A stretch of DNA of 63,433 nt, filler included, from an uncultured bacterium (GTDB taxonomy: Bacteria > Latescibacterota > UBA2968), in NCBI GenBank assembly GCA_964471275.1. It is 4 parts of 4 records of this genome, joined end to end, with 100 filler letters (N's around TTAATTAATTAA, not from the genome) between each part and the next. Parts side by side here need not be neighbours in the genome. Positions count along the whole stretch, not along the records: positions 17,415 to 34,720 come from CAYYGZ010000086.1; 3 more parts are not named here. One strand, 5' to 3'. Below, piece after piece: positions 19,761-30,192 of this stretch. The translations under genes and the position numbers were made by a program. The notes beneath the pieces were generated by a model, which did no database searches, was not told where the DNA came from, and worked only from the letters and a program-made list of their open reading frames with translations. Positions within the stretch are counted from its first letter, which is position 1. Each line of letters opens with the position of its first letter.

Positions 19761-20822
19761 TTACACGAATTGATCCTGGGCATCACCCCTGACGATCGTG
19801 ATCTGTCCAGCGTCTTCAAGCTGCCTGACCGTCTGCACAACTCGCAGCTGCACCTCTTCGACATCGCTCAACCGGATCGGCCCTGCAAAGTCCATCTCCT
19901 CTTGCATTATCTCGCCCACTCGGTCAGAGACATTGGAGAAGATCTTGTTCTGCATTTCTGTCGTCGATCCCCGCAGAGCCATGGCCAGGTCCTTCGAGTC
20001 GACTTCCCTGAGGATCAGCTGGATCTCACGGTCTGTGAGGTTGGAAATGTCATCGAACGTAAACATCTGGTTCCGGACGCCCTCTGCCAGCTCGGGGTCC
20101 GCAGCATCTAGACGCTCAAGAACCGCCTTTTCCGTGGATCGTCCCGTCCGGTTCAGAATCTCAGCCACCGCTTTCGGTCCTCCGATCTCAGTCACCTGAC
20201 CGGATAGAATCGTCTCGAGTTCTCCCGCGAGACTGGCTTCGAGTTCACGGAGCACGTGCGGTGAGATATTGTCCATACCCGCGATGCGAAAGGCCACATC
20301 CGCCTGCTGCTCGTCGGACAGACCGTTGAGCACACCGGCGGCCTGGTTGGAGTCGAGTTGTGACAGGATCAACGCGATCGTCTGCGGGTGTTCCTTGCAA
20401 AGAAACGGGATGATCTGGTTCGGGTCGACATTCTTGAGCATGTAGAACCCGGATGTGGTGGTGGAGTTCACACGATCCAGGAGCTGTGAGGCGCGCCGTG
20501 GACCGATCGCTCGCTCCAACGCGCCCCGGGCGAAGTCCATCCCGCCTTGCGATACATACTTACCCGCCAGCAGCAGCTGCTCGAACTCTTCAAGAACCTG
20601 GTCCTCCTGCTCAGTCGTCACGACCTCCAGGTCGCTGATTGACTGGGCGATCTCTTCGATCTCATAGTCATTCATAAACTTCATCACTTCGGCCGTCGTT
20701 TCCTGGCCAAGCGCGATCATCAAAATCGCCACCCTCGCGCGGGCACCCAGTCCTTCGGCAACTTGCTCTTCCGGTTCGTCGTACACGTCTGTGCTCCTTC
20801 TGCCTGTAAACGATCGGGACAT
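19761..20822 (-). CDS. fliG: flagellar motor switch protein FliG
   Basis: EHPQTIALILS, GGPKAVAEILN and MFTFDD motifs. Confidence 0.95.
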   Translation of the reverse strand: MSRSFTGRRSTDVYDEPEEQVAEGLGARARVAILMIALGQETTAEVMKFMNDYEIEEIAQSISDLEVVTTEQEDQVLEEFEQLLLAGKYVSQGGMDFARGALERAIGPRRASQLLDRVNSTTTSGFYMLKNVDPNQIIPFLCKEHPQTIALILSQLDSNQAAGVLNGLSDEQQADVAFRIAGMDNISPHVLRELEASLAGELETILSGQVTEIGGPKAVAEILNRTGRSTEKAVLERLDAADPELAEGVRNQMFTFDDISNLTDREIQLILREVDSKDLAMALRGSTTEMQNKIFSNVSDRVGEIMQEEMDFAGPIRLSDVEEVQLRVVQTVRQLEDAGQITIVRGDAQDQFV

Positions 20823-21133
20823 CGGTATGAATCTAAGGCTTCTACCCAGCGGGGGAGGCAGATTCTGTCAACAGCCCTGCAATTGATGTGCCTGACGACC
20901 CGCATCTACCTCTGCACCCGGAAATCAACCACAACAATATGTTAAACAATACCTTACACTATCCGAGAAATCAGACAGAACGATTCTGCTGTTCGCTACC
21001 AGGTGACACATATTCCTGATTGACCGATTAACGGGAAATCCCCTCCCATTCCAATGAATCGTTTTGCCTGCCCACAGGTATGCCGCTATCATACGAGGCG
21101 CCAGGACAACCCACTCAATCCATCGGGAACGAT

Positions 21134-21496
21134 ATGCCATTCATCAACTGGGATAACATCCCAACCAACGAACTCGCACCGGGCGTCCGTATCCGCGCGC
21201 CTTACGGTCAGAATATCATGCTTTCCCTCCTCGAGATGGATGAAGGCGCGGTCGTCAATCGCCACCATCATCCCCACGAGCAGAGCGGCCTGCAACTCGA
21301 GGGTCGGATGGAACTCACCATCGGACCCGAGACACGCATCTGCAAGCCCGGAGATGCCTTCATCATTCCGCCCAACACGCCGCATCGCGCCGTCGCAGTG
21401 GATGGACCGAGCAAGTCACTCGATATCTTCAGCCCGGTGCGCGAGGACTACGTCGACCTCGCCAACAGATACATTCCCGACTCCGAGGCCGATTGA
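21134..21496 (+). CDS. cupin domain protein
   Basis: HHHPHEQ, IPPNTPH, DIFSPVREDY. Confidence 0.92.
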   Translation: MPFINWDNIPTNELAPGVRIRAPYGQNIMLSLLEMDEGAVVNRHHHPHEQSGLQLEGRMELTIGPETRICKPGDAFIIPPNTPHRAVAVDGPSKSLDIFSPVREDYVDLANRYIPDSEAD

Positions 21497-21553
21497 CGGT
21501 TGCTGGCTCGTCTTTTTAGTGCCGGACCACGATCCCTGATCCTCTGACCATCC

Positions 21554-21582
21554 TTGACTTGAAATGGGCGACCGTCTATTTT
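21554..21582 (+). promoter_or_regulatory. sigma70-like promoter of the T-box-pheST leader
   Basis: TTGACT-17nt-TATTTT. Confidence 0.6.
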
Positions 21583-21589
21583 CTGTACC

Positions 21590-21883
21590 AGCGGCAATGA
21601 CGGAGAAAAGTAGATCGTCCCCACGCGCACAGGGAGCGGATGTCCCGGACTGAAAGCATCCGCATGCGATGAACGATCGAAGTTCCCTTCCGAGCTGCAG
21701 GGCTCAAGCGATTACGAATTTCGATCGTGCGTAGGCTCTGCCGGCCACTCACCGTGATCGAGAAGAGCAGGAGATGTTGCTCGCAGAGCGCCTGAGTCGG
21801 ATGGGTATTCGGCACGGAATTAGGGTGGTACCGCGGAAGATGTGCTCTTTCGTCCCTAGTGGATGAAGGAGCCTTTTCTCTTT
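21590..21883 (+). ncRNA. T-box riboswitch (Phe specifier, transcription antitermination type)
   Basis: Stem I with AGTA/GAA loop-E, AGGGAG bulge and ACTGAAA distal loop; specifier loop GAAG-TTC-CC (TTC 21683-21685); T-box AATTAGGGTGGTACCGCG at 21818-21835; CGTCCCT antiterminator partner; terminator gctctttcgtcc/ggatgaaggagc plus T-rich tail. Confidence 0.93.
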
Positions 21884-21939
21884 GTGAGAGAAGATGGGAA
21901 AACCGAGAATTAAGAACACTAATCATCGGAGAACCTGGG

Positions 21940-23496
21940 ATGGCTGAGATAGATCTTTCGTCATTGCACGCGTTGGAGATCAGGACGCTGCGGGCGTTCG
22001 AATCAAATGTAGACGCGGTACTGTCAGACGGGGAGCTTGGCAGAAGCACGGGATTGGGCGCGGGGCAGGTCCGTCGTGCAGTCGAGTGGCTGATCTCAAA
22101 GTCGCTGATGGAAGTCGCGTCAGAATCCAACGACTCATCCGTTGCACTGACGAATATCGGAAAGGCACAGTTGGAGGCCGGTGCGTCGCCTGAGTCGGCA
22201 CTGCTCACTCGCGCCGGGGAGGGCCCGGTAACGCTGAAGGACCTCCAGGGGGACGAACGCTTTAACCGCGGAGATTGGGGAAGCGCCTTCGGTGGACTCA
22301 AGAAGGAAGGCGTCATCGACACGGATGGTCCTAACATCGTGATCAAGAATGCGGACCGGGCGAGCTTCTACACCCAAGCCCTGTTCGATGACCTGATCGG
22401 CCGATTCTCAGAAAATGCTGAAGGCGTCATCGCTATCGAGGACTTCACGGAAACGGTTCAGGCCCACGCGCGCGAGGCGGCAACGGGACCCGGCAAGAGC
22501 AAATCACCGGTCCGGCTCGTCGAGCAGGTCGTCCGCGAATACAGAATAACGACGGATGGGTCATCGGCACTTTCCGGTGTCATCGCCGAAAACATGACGG
22601 GTGAGGAGATCTCCCAGCTCACGCCGGAAATGCTGCAGTCGGGCGGGTGGAAGGGCGTCGGTTTCCGCCGATACGATCTGTCGATCAAACCGCCTCGGAT
22701 CCAGATCGGGCGTCACCACGCGTACCGCAAGTATCTTGATGATGTCAGGAAGAAGCTTCTCTCGCTTGGCTTTGAGGAGATGAAGGGCCCGCTTGTGGAA
22801 ACGGAATTCTGGAACATGGATGCGCTGTTCATGCCTCAGTTCCACGCGGCCAGGAACATCCACGACGCCTACTTCATCAGCGAGCCTTCTGAATCGAGCG
22901 GTCCCGAAGAGCCGCATTTCAGCCGTGTCGCACAGTCACACCGCGACGGCGGCGACACGGAATCTCGAGGATGGCGGTATCCTTTTGATCCCGAACGCTC
23001 GAGACGTCTTCTGATGCGGACCCAGGGAACGGCGCTGTCCGCAAGGGCATTGGCGTCTGGCCCGAACATCCCCGGCAAATACTTCGGGATCGCACGATGC
23101 TTCCGGCCGGATGAAATCGACGCAACCCACGGGGCCGAATTCAATCAGGTCGAAGGAATCATCCTGGGCGATTCAATCAACTTCCGCTCGCTCCTCGGAC
23201 TCCTCAAGCTGTTCGCTCTCGAGGTCGCGGAGTCTACAGAAGTGCGTTACGTGCCCGACTACTTTCCCTTTACTGAACCATCTGTCGAGCTGCAGGCCAA
23301 GCACCCGACCCTCGGCTGGATCGAACTAGGGGGAGCGGGTCTGTTCCGCCCTGAGCTCACCCACCCGCTCGGCATCGACGTGCCTGTCATCGCGTGGGGT
23401 CTTGGAGTCGACCGAATGGCCATGGTCTCGCTCGGCGTCAAAGACATCAGAGACCTCTTCAGCACGGACCTGGAGTATCTGCGCTCACAACGCTAG
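21940..23496 (+). CDS. pheS: phenylalanine--tRNA ligase alpha subunit, archaeal/eukaryote type (518 aa)
   Basis: long N-terminal extension; FWNMDALFMPQFHAAR, RCFRPDEIDATH..EFNQVEG, YFPFTEPS, GAGLFRPE, AWGLGVDR. Confidence 0.97.
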   Translation: MAEIDLSSLHALEIRTLRAFESNVDAVLSDGELGRSTGLGAGQVRRAVEWLISKSLMEVASESNDSSVALTNIGKAQLEAGASPESALLTRAGEGPVTLKDLQGDERFNRGDWGSAFGGLKKEGVIDTDGPNIVIKNADRASFYTQALFDDLIGRFSENAEGVIAIEDFTETVQAHAREAATGPGKSKSPVRLVEQVVREYRITTDGSSALSGVIAENMTGEEISQLTPEMLQSGGWKGVGFRRYDLSIKPPRIQIGRHHAYRKYLDDVRKKLLSLGFEEMKGPLVETEFWNMDALFMPQFHAARNIHDAYFISEPSESSGPEEPHFSRVAQSHRDGGDTESRGWRYPFDPERSRRLLMRTQGTALSARALASGPNIPGKYFGIARCFRPDEIDATHGAEFNQVEGIILGDSINFRSLLGLLKLFALEVAESTEVRYVPDYFPFTEPSVELQAKHPTLGWIELGGAGLFRPELTHPLGIDVPVIAWGLGVDRMAMVSLGVKDIRDLFSTDLEYLRSQR

Positions 23497-23550
23497 TCTC
23501 ACGACAACCCAAAGCCGCGACGCAGAGAGTCGCAAACGGACAAAAAGCGA

Positions 23551-25224
23551 ATGCCTACGATATCCGTCATCAAATCAGACCTCGAGCGCCTCGCAGGTCA
23601 GACATACGAACTCCCCGACCTCGAGCGAGCCCTGGAATACGCGAAAGCGGAGGTCAAGGCCGAAGGTGAGGAGCTGCGCGTGCAGCTCAAGGACACAAAC
23701 CGTCCCGATCTCTGGTGCACAGAGGGTCTCGCACGCGCACTGAAGGGATACCGCGAGTCGGCGTTCGACCCCTATGATTTCTTTACAGAAACTTCCGACT
23801 CCGATCTCGCAATCACGGTCGATCCAGATCTGGAGTTGATCCGCCCGTTTGTTGCCGGCTTTGAGTGCTCCGGCGTCGACATCGATGATGATGCGCTGAA
23901 ACAGCTGATCGAAACACAGGAGCGACTCTGCGATAATTACGGTCGCGGACGCAGTTCGATCGCCGTCGGCATCTACGACGCATCCGACATCGTCTACCCG
24001 ATCCGGTATGAGGCCGTATCGCCGGACACACGATTCATTCCGCTGGAAGCCGAGACGGCGATGTCACTGAAGGAGATCCTGAAAGAGCATCCGACCGGCC
24101 AGATGTATGCCCATCTGCTTGAGGGCTATGAGAGATACCCGCTCCTACGGGACTCGCGAGACGAGATCCTTTCAATGCCGCCGATCATCAACAGTGCGTC
24201 GCTCGGCCGGGTCGAAGTCGGCGACTCCCATCTGTTCATAGAGGCGACGGGGACGGTTCTCGATCACGTCCTGCATACAATCGCGATCTTTGCGGCGAAC
24301 ATGGCGGACCGTGGCGGCCAGATCACACCGGTTACGATCAACTACCCCTACGACACGCCACGGAGTCGCGAAATCCGGTGCCCGTTCGACGTAACCGAAG
24401 CGATGTCCACACAACTCGATCGCATTCGCACCATTGCAGGCACGGACCTGAGCGAAAGCCAGATCACGACCGCATTGACGAAGATGGGGTACCGCAATAC
24501 CCGAGTGTCAGGCGAAGCAGTGACTGCCCTCCCCGCTCCCTACCGCGACGATCTGCTCCACCCGGTTGACATGATTGAGGATATCATTGTGGGCATCGGC
24601 TACGAGACCTTTGACCCCGTTATGCCGAAGGACTTCACAATCGGGAAGTCAGCCCCGGTCGAGGACCTCTCGGATCGCGTCCGTGATCTCCTCGTTGGCT
24701 CAGGATTCCAGGAGACCTTCCTACCGGTTCTGGGTTCGCTTGAGAACCAGACGACGCGAATGATGAATGCTGACGCACCCGTCGTCGTCATCTCGAACCC
24801 GATGTCGGAGCAATACGGATGCGCTCGCAGCTCACTTATTCCAGGACTGCTTAGTGTCGAGGAGACAAGTCGGCGCGCACCCTATCCCCACAATCTGTTC
24901 GAGGTGGGCGAGATTGCAATTAAATCCCCGAACCAGCATTATGGTACACGGACGGACACGTGTGTTGCGGCAATGATCGCCTCTGAAGAGGCGAATCTGT
25001 CCGGCGTCCAGAGCTACCTGGAAGCGCTCGCCTTCTATTTTCATTTCGAATACGAAGTTCGCTCGATTGATCATCCGTCATACCTCCCCGGTCGTATTGG
25101 CGAAGTGATCCGCGACGGTGAGGTCTACGGGTTGATTGGTGAGCTCCATCCAGGGGTTCTGGACGCCTGGAACCTCGCAGTTCCTGTCAGTGTGTTCGAA
25201 GTGGACCTTGCGATCGTGCCCTAG
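23551..25224 (+). CDS. pheT: phenylalanine--tRNA ligase beta subunit, short archaeal type (557 aa)
   Basis: MPTISV, DTNRPDLWC, LSMPPIINS, YRDDLLHPVDMIEDI; much shorter than the ~800-aa bacterial beta subunit. Confidence 0.96.
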   Translation: MPTISVIKSDLERLAGQTYELPDLERALEYAKAEVKAEGEELRVQLKDTNRPDLWCTEGLARALKGYRESAFDPYDFFTETSDSDLAITVDPDLELIRPFVAGFECSGVDIDDDALKQLIETQERLCDNYGRGRSSIAVGIYDASDIVYPIRYEAVSPDTRFIPLEAETAMSLKEILKEHPTGQMYAHLLEGYERYPLLRDSRDEILSMPPIINSASLGRVEVGDSHLFIEATGTVLDHVLHTIAIFAANMADRGGQITPVTINYPYDTPRSREIRCPFDVTEAMSTQLDRIRTIAGTDLSESQITTALTKMGYRNTRVSGEAVTALPAPYRDDLLHPVDMIEDIIVGIGYETFDPVMPKDFTIGKSAPVEDLSDRVRDLLVGSGFQETFLPVLGSLENQTTRMMNADAPVVVISNPMSEQYGCARSSLIPGLLSVEETSRRAPYPHNLFEVGEIAIKSPNQHYGTRTDTCVAAMIASEEANLSGVQSYLEALAFYFHFEYEVRSIDHPSYLPGRIGEVIRDGEVYGLIGELHPGVLDAWNLAVPVSVFEVDLAIVP

Positions 25225-25225
25225 C

Positions 25226-26169
25226 GTGCTCAACCACGACTTCCCCTTCAATCCGACGTATGGCTATGACCTGGCCGCCTTGCTTCAGATCGGGCTGCCG
25301 GAGTGGCCAGACGACTTCGCTGAGTGTTGGCGTTCCACATTCAGAGCCAATATGGCGGCCGAGCGAGGGTCGAGATCTCACCATCGGAGAGCCCCCACAT
25401 CGATTACGACATCAGCATAGCCAGGTTCGACACGCTGGGTGGACATCGTGTCAGAGCTTGGGTCGTATACCCCAAGCCAGGTGAAGTTGAAGCCTGCTTC
25501 GTCGTCAGCCACGCATAAGGAGGACGCTCGCCCCCTGACTTCACGCTTCCGGCCGAGAAATCTGCGGCCATCTTCCCTTGCGCTCCCGGTTTCGGTCTGT
25601 CTGCAAAGGACAGCCTTCCCGCGGAAAAGGCGGCGCACGTCATTCACGGCATCGACCATCGAGAGACATACCTCATTCGATTCTGTGTTTCCTCTATCTG
25701 GTCCGCCGCGACACTGTCGCTTGAGCTCTTCCCGGATGCCAGGAACCGTATGTATTTCACGGGAGGAAGCTTCGGTGGTGGGTTGGGAGCACTCGCCCTC
25801 CCCTGGGACAATCGATTCGCTCTAGGCCATTTACATGTTCCGACCTTTGCCCATCACCCCATTCGGAACGAGTATCGGAGCGAGGGCAGCGGCAAATCGG
25901 TCGCCGATTATGTTTCCGATCATCCGGACGTAATGGACTTGCTCGCCTACTACGATGCGGCAACGGCAGCCAGTCAGATCCAGATCCCAGTGATCGGTGC
26001 ACCGGCAGTATTCGACCCGAAAGTCCCGCCGCCCGGCCAATTCGCTGTAACGAATACGCTCCCCGAGACCGGAAAAATCTGTATCTTGCGGGCTGGTCAT
26101 TTCGAGTATCCGGGCCAACAGGAAGATGACCGAGACCTGAGATCACAGCTCCGATCCTTCTTCTCGTGA
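25226..26169 (+). pseudogene. acetylxylan esterase / cephalosporin-C deacetylase-like, disrupted
   Basis: HDFPFNPTYGY N-terminus; frameshift near 25350; in-frame TAA at 25516-25518 in HA*GG (expected HGYGG-like); GGSFGG nucleophile elbow; AGHFEY. Confidence 0.85.
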
Positions 26170-26262
26170 CCGGTCAGGTTCAGATCACCTGATCTCCGGT
26201 CACTCGGACTCGAAACGAAGCAACCCGGTCTTCCCGGACCACAACAACACCAGGAGTCAACA

Positions 26263-27264
26263 ATGCCAAACCTAGCATTTCTCTCGACCGCACACACGCA
26301 TACCAAAGGCTTCCTCAAGGCCGTCAGCAAAAGAGAGGACAGCGACGTCGTCGCCATCTGGGACGACATGGAAAGTCGGGGTCAGAGCTTCGCGAGCGAA
26401 TACAGCGCGGACTATTCGTCCGACCTGGATGCAGTGGTTGATCGTGATGACGTCGACGGATTCATCGTCTGTGTCGAGAACACGCGCCACCTGCCGCTCT
26501 TGAAGGCAGCGATCCCGACGAAGAAACCGATCTTCTGCGAAAAACCATTCATGACCACCGTCGACGACGCACTCGAAGCCGCCGCGATGATTCGGGAAAA
26601 CGGCACCATCGTGCACATGGGATATTTTCAGCCCTTCTCGGCGGAAATGCAGGGCGTGATCACGCACGTCAAGTCTGGCGTTCTTGGCAACCTGACCCAC
26701 GCACGCTACAGGAATGCCCATCACGCGGCTTACGGACACTGGTTTGACTCGGAGGCACTCGCGTGGTTTGCCGATCCCGCACTGGCGGGCGGTGGCGCCT
26801 TCATGGACATGGGCACGCACGCTGTGCATCTGATGCGCACGATTCTCGGTCCCGTCACCGAGGTCCTGGCCACCATTTCCAACGTCTCCGGCATCTATCC
26901 GAACGTCGACGACAACGGTGTGGCGATGTTCCGCTTCGCAAACGGCGTCGTGGCGACCATCGAAGGCTCGTGGGTTCAGACTGGCGGTCCTCGCGCGCTC
27001 GAGGTCGTGGGCTCCGAAGCGACGCTCTTCCCAATCGAAGATCGCGGTTTCGTGACACAGAAGCCGCGTGAGGAGCCCGTCGAAATCGAGAAGGGCACAG
27101 AGCGACCGACGCGTGTCGATCGGCTCGTTGCCGCCATCAACGGTGACTTGACTCAGGAGGAACTGGACGCTGATCTCGAGTGCGCAATCGACGCCGTTGC
27201 CATCATGGAAGCGTGCTACAAGTCAAATGAGAGCAAGCAGTGGGAACCCGTCACCAAGGTGTAG
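26263..27264 (+). CDS. Gfo/Idh/MocA family oxidoreductase
   Basis: CEKP; GGGAFMDMGTH. Confidence 0.93.
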   Translation: MPNLAFLSTAHTHTKGFLKAVSKREDSDVVAIWDDMESRGQSFASEYSADYSSDLDAVVDRDDVDGFIVCVENTRHLPLLKAAIPTKKPIFCEKPFMTTVDDALEAAAMIRENGTIVHMGYFQPFSAEMQGVITHVKSGVLGNLTHARYRNAHHAAYGHWFDSEALAWFADPALAGGGAFMDMGTHAVHLMRTILGPVTEVLATISNVSGIYPNVDDNGVAMFRFANGVVATIEGSWVQTGGPRALEVVGSEATLFPIEDRGFVTQKPREEPVEIEKGTERPTRVDRLVAAINGDLTQEELDADLECAIDAVAIMEACYKSNESKQWEPVTKV

Positions 27265-27385
27265 CCTGCTGAAGTGCTGACTTACGGAACTGGAAACGTG
27301 ATCGCCCCCAGTCGTATCCGCCGCCACACGACAACGGATGGCTGGGGGCATCACATTTACTACTCCCGATCACACACAGAATCCG

Positions 27386-29152
27386 ATGGCCTTGATCTCC
27401 ATTAATGACATTTCGATCGCGTTCGGCGCCCCCGCCCTTCTTGAGAGGGCCCGCCTGCAGATCAAGAGTGGTGAGCGTGTCTGCCTCCTGGGCCGGAACG
27501 GTGCCGGCAAGTCCACGCTCCTCAAGATCATAGCGGGAGAGCTGAGTCCTGACACAGGCGACGTATCTGTACAGAGGGGATTGCGCATTGCCCTGCAGGG
27601 ACAGGACATCCCCGACGGTCTGGGATCAACGATTCGGGACGTCGTATCAGAGAACATCCCCGAGAGCCCAACCGGACCTCCCATCGTGGAAGTGATTCTC
27701 TCCCGCATGAATCTCGATGGCGAGGCCGGGTTCACGCCGTTGTCTGTTGGGATGAAGCGACGCACACTGCTTGCTCGTGCGCTCGCCACCCAGCCTGACC
27801 TGCTGCTTCTCGACGAACCGACAAACCACCTCGACATCGACGCGATACTGTGGCTAGAAGAATTCCTGCTCAAGCGGAATGGCGCGCTCTGTTTCATCAC
27901 TCACGATCGCGCGTTGACGAAGCGACTGGCCACCCGGATTATCGAGATCGAGCTCAGCGGTCTAAACAGCTGGGATTGCGATTACTCGACCTACCTCAGA
28001 CGGCGCAAGGCCCGGCAGGAAGCCGATGCAAACCAGGCAGAGCAGTTCGCCAGAAAGCTGAGTGAAGAAGAGACCTGGATTCGACAGGGAATTCAGGCAC
28101 GACAGACCCGGAACCAGGGGCGTGTACGAGCGCTCAAACGAATGCGCGAGGAACGTCGCCAACGACGTGAGCGCACGGATGAAGCACAGATCAGGCTCCA
28201 GCAGGCAGAGAAGACGAGTCGACACGTGATCGAAGCCGACGGGTTGACGTTCGGGTATGACGACACACCGGTCGTTCAGGATTTCTCGACGGTTACGATG
28301 CGAGGCGCGAAGGTTGGATTCATCGGCCCGAACGGATGCGGTAAAACGACACTGTTGCGTCTTCTCCTTGGCGATCTGCAGGCACAATCCGGTAAGCTCA
28401 AACACGGATTGCGTCTGCAGGTTGCCTATTTCGACCAAGTCCGGGCCCAGCTTGACGACACAAAGACCGTCTTCGACTCTATAGCCAACGGCAGCGATCG
28501 TGTCACCGTCGACGGCAAGACCAAACACGTCTTCGCATATCTTCAGGATTTCCTGTTTCCCGCGGCGCGATCTCAGAGCCTCGTGCAAGTTCTTTCGGGC
28601 GGTGAACGAAACCGTCTTCTTCTCGCCAAACTCTTCGCGACCCCCGCGAACGTACTCGTTCTCGATGAGCCGACAAACGACCTCGACGCAGAAACGCTGG
28701 AAGTCCTCGAGTCCGCCCTGGTGAATTTCACAGGTACCGTCCTGGTGGTCAGCCACGACCGGACATTTCTTGACAATGTGGTCACCAGTACGATCGCCTT
28801 CGATGACCAGAATGGGATCACCGAGTATGTCGGTGGATACACGGAATACCTTCGGCAGCGACCGGAAATCAAGCTACCATCCGAACCTGCGCCAAAACCG
28901 GAAAGGGCAGAGCCACCTCGCGTGAAGGATCGAAAGCTGACCAACCGGGAACGAGCGGAGCTCGAGGCGCTGCCCGACCGGATCGATGCGTTGGAGGCTG
29001 AAAAGAACCAACTCCACAAAACGCTGTCCGACCCGGCCGTATACCAGTCGGGCGATGATATCCCGTCGATGAAATCGCGACTTGACGCAATCGACGTCGA
29101 ACTTGAGGAAGCGTTCGTCCGATGGGAAACGCTGGACACCATCCGTTCCTGA
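27386..29152 (+). CDS. uup: ABC-F ATPase, Uup-like
   Basis: two ABC domains (GRNGAGKST, GPNGCGKTT, LSGGE, DEPTN), WIRQGIQARQTRN linker, C-terminal coiled coil. Confidence 0.9.
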   Translation: MALISINDISIAFGAPALLERARLQIKSGERVCLLGRNGAGKSTLLKIIAGELSPDTGDVSVQRGLRIALQGQDIPDGLGSTIRDVVSENIPESPTGPPIVEVILSRMNLDGEAGFTPLSVGMKRRTLLARALATQPDLLLLDEPTNHLDIDAILWLEEFLLKRNGALCFITHDRALTKRLATRIIEIELSGLNSWDCDYSTYLRRRKARQEADANQAEQFARKLSEEETWIRQGIQARQTRNQGRVRALKRMREERRQRRERTDEAQIRLQQAEKTSRHVIEADGLTFGYDDTPVVQDFSTVTMRGAKVGFIGPNGCGKTTLLRLLLGDLQAQSGKLKHGLRLQVAYFDQVRAQLDDTKTVFDSIANGSDRVTVDGKTKHVFAYLQDFLFPAARSQSLVQVLSGGERNRLLLAKLFATPANVLVLDEPTNDLDAETLEVLESALVNFTGTVLVVSHDRTFLDNVVTSTIAFDDQNGITEYVGGYTEYLRQRPEIKLPSEPAPKPERAEPPRVKDRKLTNRERAELEALPDRIDALEAEKNQLHKTLSDPAVYQSGDDIPSMKSRLDAIDVELEEAFVRWETLDTIRS

Positions 29153-29359
29153 CCCTCCCCCCAGATTTTCCTTTCCTGCATTCCCAGACTCACGATCCTA
29201 TCACTATCGTTTCCACACGGCCGACCGGGCTTGTAGGGACAAGACACATCTTCCACAGATTTCTCAACGTCCTGCTGCCGATGCCCGTGCCAAGCTGTTC
29301 TGCATCTGCCTGATCGGGTGACGCGAACCGCCGACCACCTTTCACTGGAGAGGGTGCAT

Positions 29360-30112
29360 ATGTCCCTGCGCTGGGCATACAGCAGCCTGAAATGGCCGCT
29401 CGAAGATCTGGAACGGAACTTGGCTCATCTGGTCGAGCACGGCTGGGAAGGCTGGGAGACACGGGAATCTCTTGACTGGCTGGGTACTGCTGGCCGTCTC
29501 AAGAAAATGTGTGGAAGTATCGGCATCGAAATCGCCGCTGTGAGTGGCCCCAACTTACCGGTATCACGTGAAGACCAGGCCTTTACGATCAACAAACGGC
29601 GGATCGAATATGCATCGGATCTGGAGGTGCCGCTGCTGATGACGAAGGGACCGGGCAGCAGGAATCATCCAACGTCGGACGATGAAATGCTACGAATCGC
29701 TGATCTCTACAACGAGCTGGCGAGACACGGGGAGCCGCTCGGCGTGACTGTCAACTTCCATCCACACGTCAATCACTTCGTTGACAGCAAAGAGGAGTGG
29801 ATCCACTTCATGCCCATGCTGGACACCTGTCGACTGTGCATGGACATGTCTCACGCCGTCCGGTGGGGATACGATCCGGTAGAGGCCACCCGGGCTTACG
29901 CGGACCGAATCTCGCTCGTGCATCTGCACGATGAGAAGGATGGCGAGGGAGCCGACCTGGGCGAGGGACCCATGTGCGACTACAGCGCTTTTCTATCGGC
30001 AATCCAGGAAACCGGGTATGACGACTGGGTTGTCGTCTGCCCTGGCGGCCAGAAACCAGCCGCAGAGAGCATCGCAGACAATCGTGCATATCTCAAAAGG
30101 CTGGGCTACTAG
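29360..30112 (+). CDS. sugar phosphate isomerase/epimerase (IolE-like)
   Basis: FHPH, CMDMSH, VHLHD, LGEG. Confidence 0.85.
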   Translation: MSLRWAYSSLKWPLEDLERNLAHLVEHGWEGWETRESLDWLGTAGRLKKMCGSIGIEIAAVSGPNLPVSREDQAFTINKRRIEYASDLEVPLLMTKGPGSRNHPTSDDEMLRIADLYNELARHGEPLGVTVNFHPHVNHFVDSKEEWIHFMPMLDTCRLCMDMSHAVRWGYDPVEATRAYADRISLVHLHDEKDGEGADLGEGPMCDYSAFLSAIQETGYDDWVVVCPGGQKPAAESIADNRAYLKRLGY

Positions 30113-30192
30113 TACAGTCGTGACTTCACGTCACGGCCCTGTGCTGTAAACAACCCCGCCCACGCACTGAACCAGAACCCCACAGGACAGAA

